From positions 125,593 through 189,592 of IMG/VR virus record IMGVR_UViG_3300020577_007233: 64,000 nt of DNA; one strand, written 5' to 3'. Source of the DNA: a virus (taxonomy: Duplodnaviria > Heunggongvirae > Uroviricota > Caudoviricetes). The translations under genes were made by a program, and so were the position numbers. The notes under the pieces were generated by a model, which was given only the letters and a program-made list of their open reading frames with translations, was not told where the DNA came from and ran no database searches. Shown here piece by piece: positions 61,122-64,000 of this stretch (position 1 is its first letter; each line of letters begins with the position of its first letter).

Positions 61122-64000
61122 TGAGCATATGTTTGAACTCCATCAAAAGTTGTTGTAGAGTATCTTGGATCGGCAGTGAGCCATCCATGCCACTGTAGCC
61201 TGTTATTGAAGTCTCCTCCCGCAAGCGTTGCTCCGCCTTCATAGTCTGGATCGACATATACAGGATCAGGGATGCCTCTAGCTCTAAGAAGAGAAGAAAG
61301 AGTTGCAAAGAACGTTTGCATTCTTGATTTCGCTTCCGCTCTTCCGTTTACCGTCCACAAGCAACTATTGCCATTGGAAAGCCTGTCGTTGATATGAGCA
61401 AAAGGACGAGTTGTTGAACTGCCCCAACCATAGGCTCCAAAGTTCTGAGGCCAAAAGGCATACCTAAATGGAGTGTTTGGTCTGTTCGTGACCCAGTAAT
61501 TCCTGTATGCTGTAATAGTGTCAGCAGCGGTTGTTGCTCTTTGTTCCATAGTCCTTGCGTCTGTATCTGAGAAGCAAATAACATCGTTGATCATTGGATA
61601 AACGTTTGCTAGGTCAAACACTGGATGAGCAAAGTCTGTGCTTGTCCAACCGCCGCCAGTCTGCAATATAACCTTTGGAGGACTCTTGAGCGAAGGAGAT
61701 GGAAGATAAGACGCAGAAGGTTCTCCCCAAGCCACAACAATTTTACCCTCGACAACAGAAGATGTTGCGGAAACATTTGTTGGGGGATTGAGAATAGGAT
61801 TGTCAGCTATGAACGTTACTTCATAGGGGGTTGGAGCAGAAGAATTGCCGTCAACGTCAACCGCTACAATCTTGTAGTAATACGTTTCTCCTGGGAAAAC
61901 CTGATTGTCATTAAAGAACGAAGTCTTGACATATGACTTGAGTTGATATGGTCTAGAAAGATCAACTTGACCGTTTACTATGGTTCCTTTGTATACAAGG
62001 TAGTGACTAAAATCTGATTCAGTATTACTATCCCAAGACAAAGCTATTGTCTGCTTTTTAAGGTCGGGATACTTGACGCTTACAGCCCTGTCTGTTATAG
62101 CGTGACGAATGTTGGTTGGAGAAGAAAGAGGACCGTATGAGGCGGGCTTTGTGTCATAAACAAATCTTCTGTCTGCGGCAAGATAAATTGAAGAAGTTAC
62201 TGGATAAACGTTGACGTTAGAGTTAATGTCTCCGTCAAGATCAACATGACCAACAACATAGCCCCACCTTGCGTGCGCTGCCATTCTATTCTTAACGTAC
62301 CAGTGAGTATAGGTTCCGTATGGGAACTGAGTCCTATATTCATTCATGTAAATGATTACGATATTTTCATTTCCTGGCAATATGTAGTCGGCGATATAGT
62401 GCGGACTTGTTGGATTTGTTGAAACGCCATTACCAGACATGATGTATCCGGCTGAATGAGTGCAAGCTATATCATCAGGCGAAACTTCTGTTATGATTCT
62501 GGTTCCTTGGAATTGAGTATCTATGAAAGTTAGGAACTTAGAAGTGTGGTTCTGAGAATCAAGGCCTGCTGAATATGCGTCAATTCCAAGAAGATTAGAC
62601 TTGGCATGATAGTTTATGAGATTCCACTCGTCAATAGCCATATCAAAAGCTATTGGGTCTCCTTGGTTCATGTATGTAGAGGCTTTTGAAATGTCCTTAT
62701 AGTCAGGATTCCATCTCTTGTGAACAATGCTACCGTATCCTTGGTAAAAGCCAAAGATAGGAACTTCTTGAATAATGTCTCTAATCATGTAGAACGTGCC
62801 CTGGAAAAGCTGAGGGTTGATTGTAAAGTTTCCAGGAATGCATGAGCTAACAAAGCTATAGCATGCATCATAATGCGGTCCCACAGAAGAATGAGGGAAT
62901 TCTCCATCACTGTCCACTAGCGGAGAAATCATAAAGAATGGGTAGTTATTGATGTTGTTGTTTGCGTACAAACCAGAGGTTGCCCAAATCAATTGCCTAT
63001 CATAACCAAGAGAATTATAGTTGTATCTTATCTTGTTTGCCCACCAAGCCCATCCATATAGGGCGGGATTTTGATTTGCCGTATCTTCGTAACCATGAAG
63101 ACCAAAAGGCTGTCCATTACTAAGGATTGCCGGAACCATTGGCTTAATTGGTCTTGGGTCTTTCATGAATTTGACAGAACCAAAGTTCTGAGCAAAGTAT
63201 GTCTTGTATGGTTCAAGAGTAAGAACCCACTTTCTTGGATCTCTTGTTATTCTAACACAGAACGTAGCTTGATATGTCTGACCGCTTGCTAAGCAATCTG
63301 CATTCGCCACTGAAATGTCGTCTGCCTGAACATCTGAACCCCATTTCCATCTATTGATGGCGCAGGTGTTCCAAGCGCCAGTAATTTCTGTTAGATGCTT
63401 ATGCGTAGCAATTTGATCGTACTTAACGGACACGCCCATACCATACGTTGATCCAACCAGATTAACTGTTGGGCTGAACTTGTCAAACGGATAATTAAAT
63501 CCCCCTCCAAAGAACAATGAGAAATATGTATCAATTTCTACTGATGAAGAGTCGTGCATGTTGTAGACATAGGCAAACTTAGGACCAATCAACAAGCCGT
63601 CTATATAAACGCTTCCGAGTCTCTGTCTTGGATCTCCGTCTACTTGTCCGCTTGGACCATCGTTGGTGTAGGTTACTGTTACATCATAACCGTCTGGTCT
63701 GTTTGTTACGGAATATGAGGAGTTGATATAGTTGCCATAGTTGACCGTAAGATCGTAATAACTAACTGCCCAACGATTGCTTCCTGAAGTAGTGCCGGTT
63801 GCATTGATATTCGATGTTGGTAGAGAACCGAAGCCCTGAACAACAAAGCCGGCTAGTCCCAAAGTGTTTCTACCATAACTCTGTATGGCGTTAGCAAGAT
63901 CGGAAACAGTAGAGTACGAGGAAAGAGGAATATCTATGAGAGTTTGAACGGTATCATTCTGTAAAGTAAAGACTCCTCTAAACTTCTTGTTTCCGCTATC
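60986..64000 (-). CDS. Spike-like protein, 5'-truncated by the window: beta-sandwich/GH-like module - FN3 - half FN3 - second GH-like domain
   Basis: Frame is open to position 64000 (DSGNKKFRGVFTLQ...). Colinear homology to the C-terminal half of 53972-58267. Confidence 0.7.
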   Translation of the reverse strand, partial: DSGNKKFRGVFTLQNDTVQTLIDIPLSSYSTVSDLANAIQSYGRNTLGLAGFVVQGFGSLPTSNINATGTTSGSNRWAVSYYDLTVNYGNYINSSYSVTNRPDGYDVTVTYTNDGPSGQVDGDPRQRLGSVYIDGLLIGPKFAYVYNMHDSSSVEIDTYFSLFFGGGFNYPFDKFSPTVNLVGSTYGMGVSVKYDQIATHKHLTEITGAWNTCAINRWKWGSDVQADDISVANADCLASGQTYQATFCVRITRDPRKWVLTLEPYKTYFAQNFGSVKFMKDPRPIKPMVPAILSNGQPFGLHGYEDTANQNPALYGWAWWANKIRYNYNSLGYDRQLIWATSGLYANNNINNYPFFMISPLVDSDGEFPHSSVGPHYDACYSFVSSCIPGNFTINPQLFQGTFYMIRDIIQEVPIFGFYQGYGSIVHKRWNPDYKDISKASTYMNQGDPIAFDMAIDEWNLINYHAKSNLLGIDAYSAGLDSQNHTSKFLTFIDTQFQGTRIITEVSPDDIACTHSAGYIMSGNGVSTNPTSPHYIADYILPGNENIVIIYMNEYRTQFPYGTYTHWYVKNRMAAHARWGYVVGHVDLDGDINSNVNVYPVTSSIYLAADRRFVYDTKPASYGPLSSPTNIRHAITDRAVSVKYPDLKKQTIALSWDSNTESDFSHYLVYKGTIVNGQVDLSRPYQLKSYVKTSFFNDNQVFPGETYYYKIVAVDVDGNSSAPTPYEVTFIADNPILNPPTNVSATSSVVEGKIVVAWGEPSASYLPSPSLKSPPKVILQTGGGWTSTDFAHPVFDLANVYPMINDVICFSDTDARTMEQRATTAADTITAYRNYWVTNRPNTPFRYAFWPQNFGAYGWGSSTTRPFAHINDRLSNGNSCLWTVNGRAEAKSRMQTFFATLSSLLRARGIPDPVYVDPDYEGGATLAGGDFNNRLQWHGWLTADPRYSTTTFDGVQTYAQWVSGLTDLDGVAIPANHWMGLQFLPTNFILIFTAAIAQALREPF
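61043..61100. repeat. Imperfect 29-nt tandem duplication causing a frameshift
   Basis: ggttggtaggaattgtaaccccatcca(at) versus ggttggcaggaattgcaactccatcca(ga): 3 mismatches in 27 nt. Confidence 0.85.

Noticed and set aside
1-64000. Stop-codon reassignment (TAG to Gln)
   Set aside because: None of the ~45 gene ends I checked uses TAG (all TAA or TGA). However, ORFs up to 2008 aa are intact under code 11 and no gene needs TAG readthrough, so there is avoidance but no evidence of recoding here.

Overview
This 64-kb window is the virion-morphogenesis region of a large (jumbo-type) tailed dsDNA phage with an HK97-fold head. It uses genetic code 11 and bacterial-type AGGAG/GGAGG ribosome-binding sites. 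Nearly all of the ~50 real genes lie on the minus strand. In reading order (right to left) they are: two paralogous multi-domain spike/depolymerase-like proteins with FN3 domains and their partner genes; terminase large subunit with an intein in its Walker A motif; about 15 low-complexity probable head-internal proteins, including a 2H phosphoesterase and a DUF192-WYL fusion; portal fused to a DUF559-like nuclease; a 2008-aa prohead protease-scaffold polyprotein; cement protein; a compact major capsid protein; GT4, GT9-like and S8 protease genes; several Gly/Ser/Thr-rich fibre proteins; three tandem ~490-aa paralogs; a neck-like protein; and PhoH. A three-gene glycan cassette (small beta-protein, pyruvyl transferase, GT4) sits inverted on the plus strand. 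The most novel signals are four. (1) FN3 domains are split at the same point between two separately translated genes, twice, which suggests an inter-protein beta-strand clip. (2) A [K/R]-x-A-[S/Q/A/G] motif and an F-N-L-x-K-x-[A/S]-Q N-terminal motif recur in head-region proteins, suggesting a protease-cleavage and capsid-targeting code. (3) The protease-scaffold gene contains nested in-frame starts with strong RBSs. (4) There is an A_AAA_AAG -1 frameshift candidate and a frame-breaking 29-nt duplication. I saw no tRNA, rRNA, CRISPR array, integrase, reverse transcriptase, tail sheath/tube or tape-measure gene. All family assignments come from motifs recognised by eye, not from database searches.
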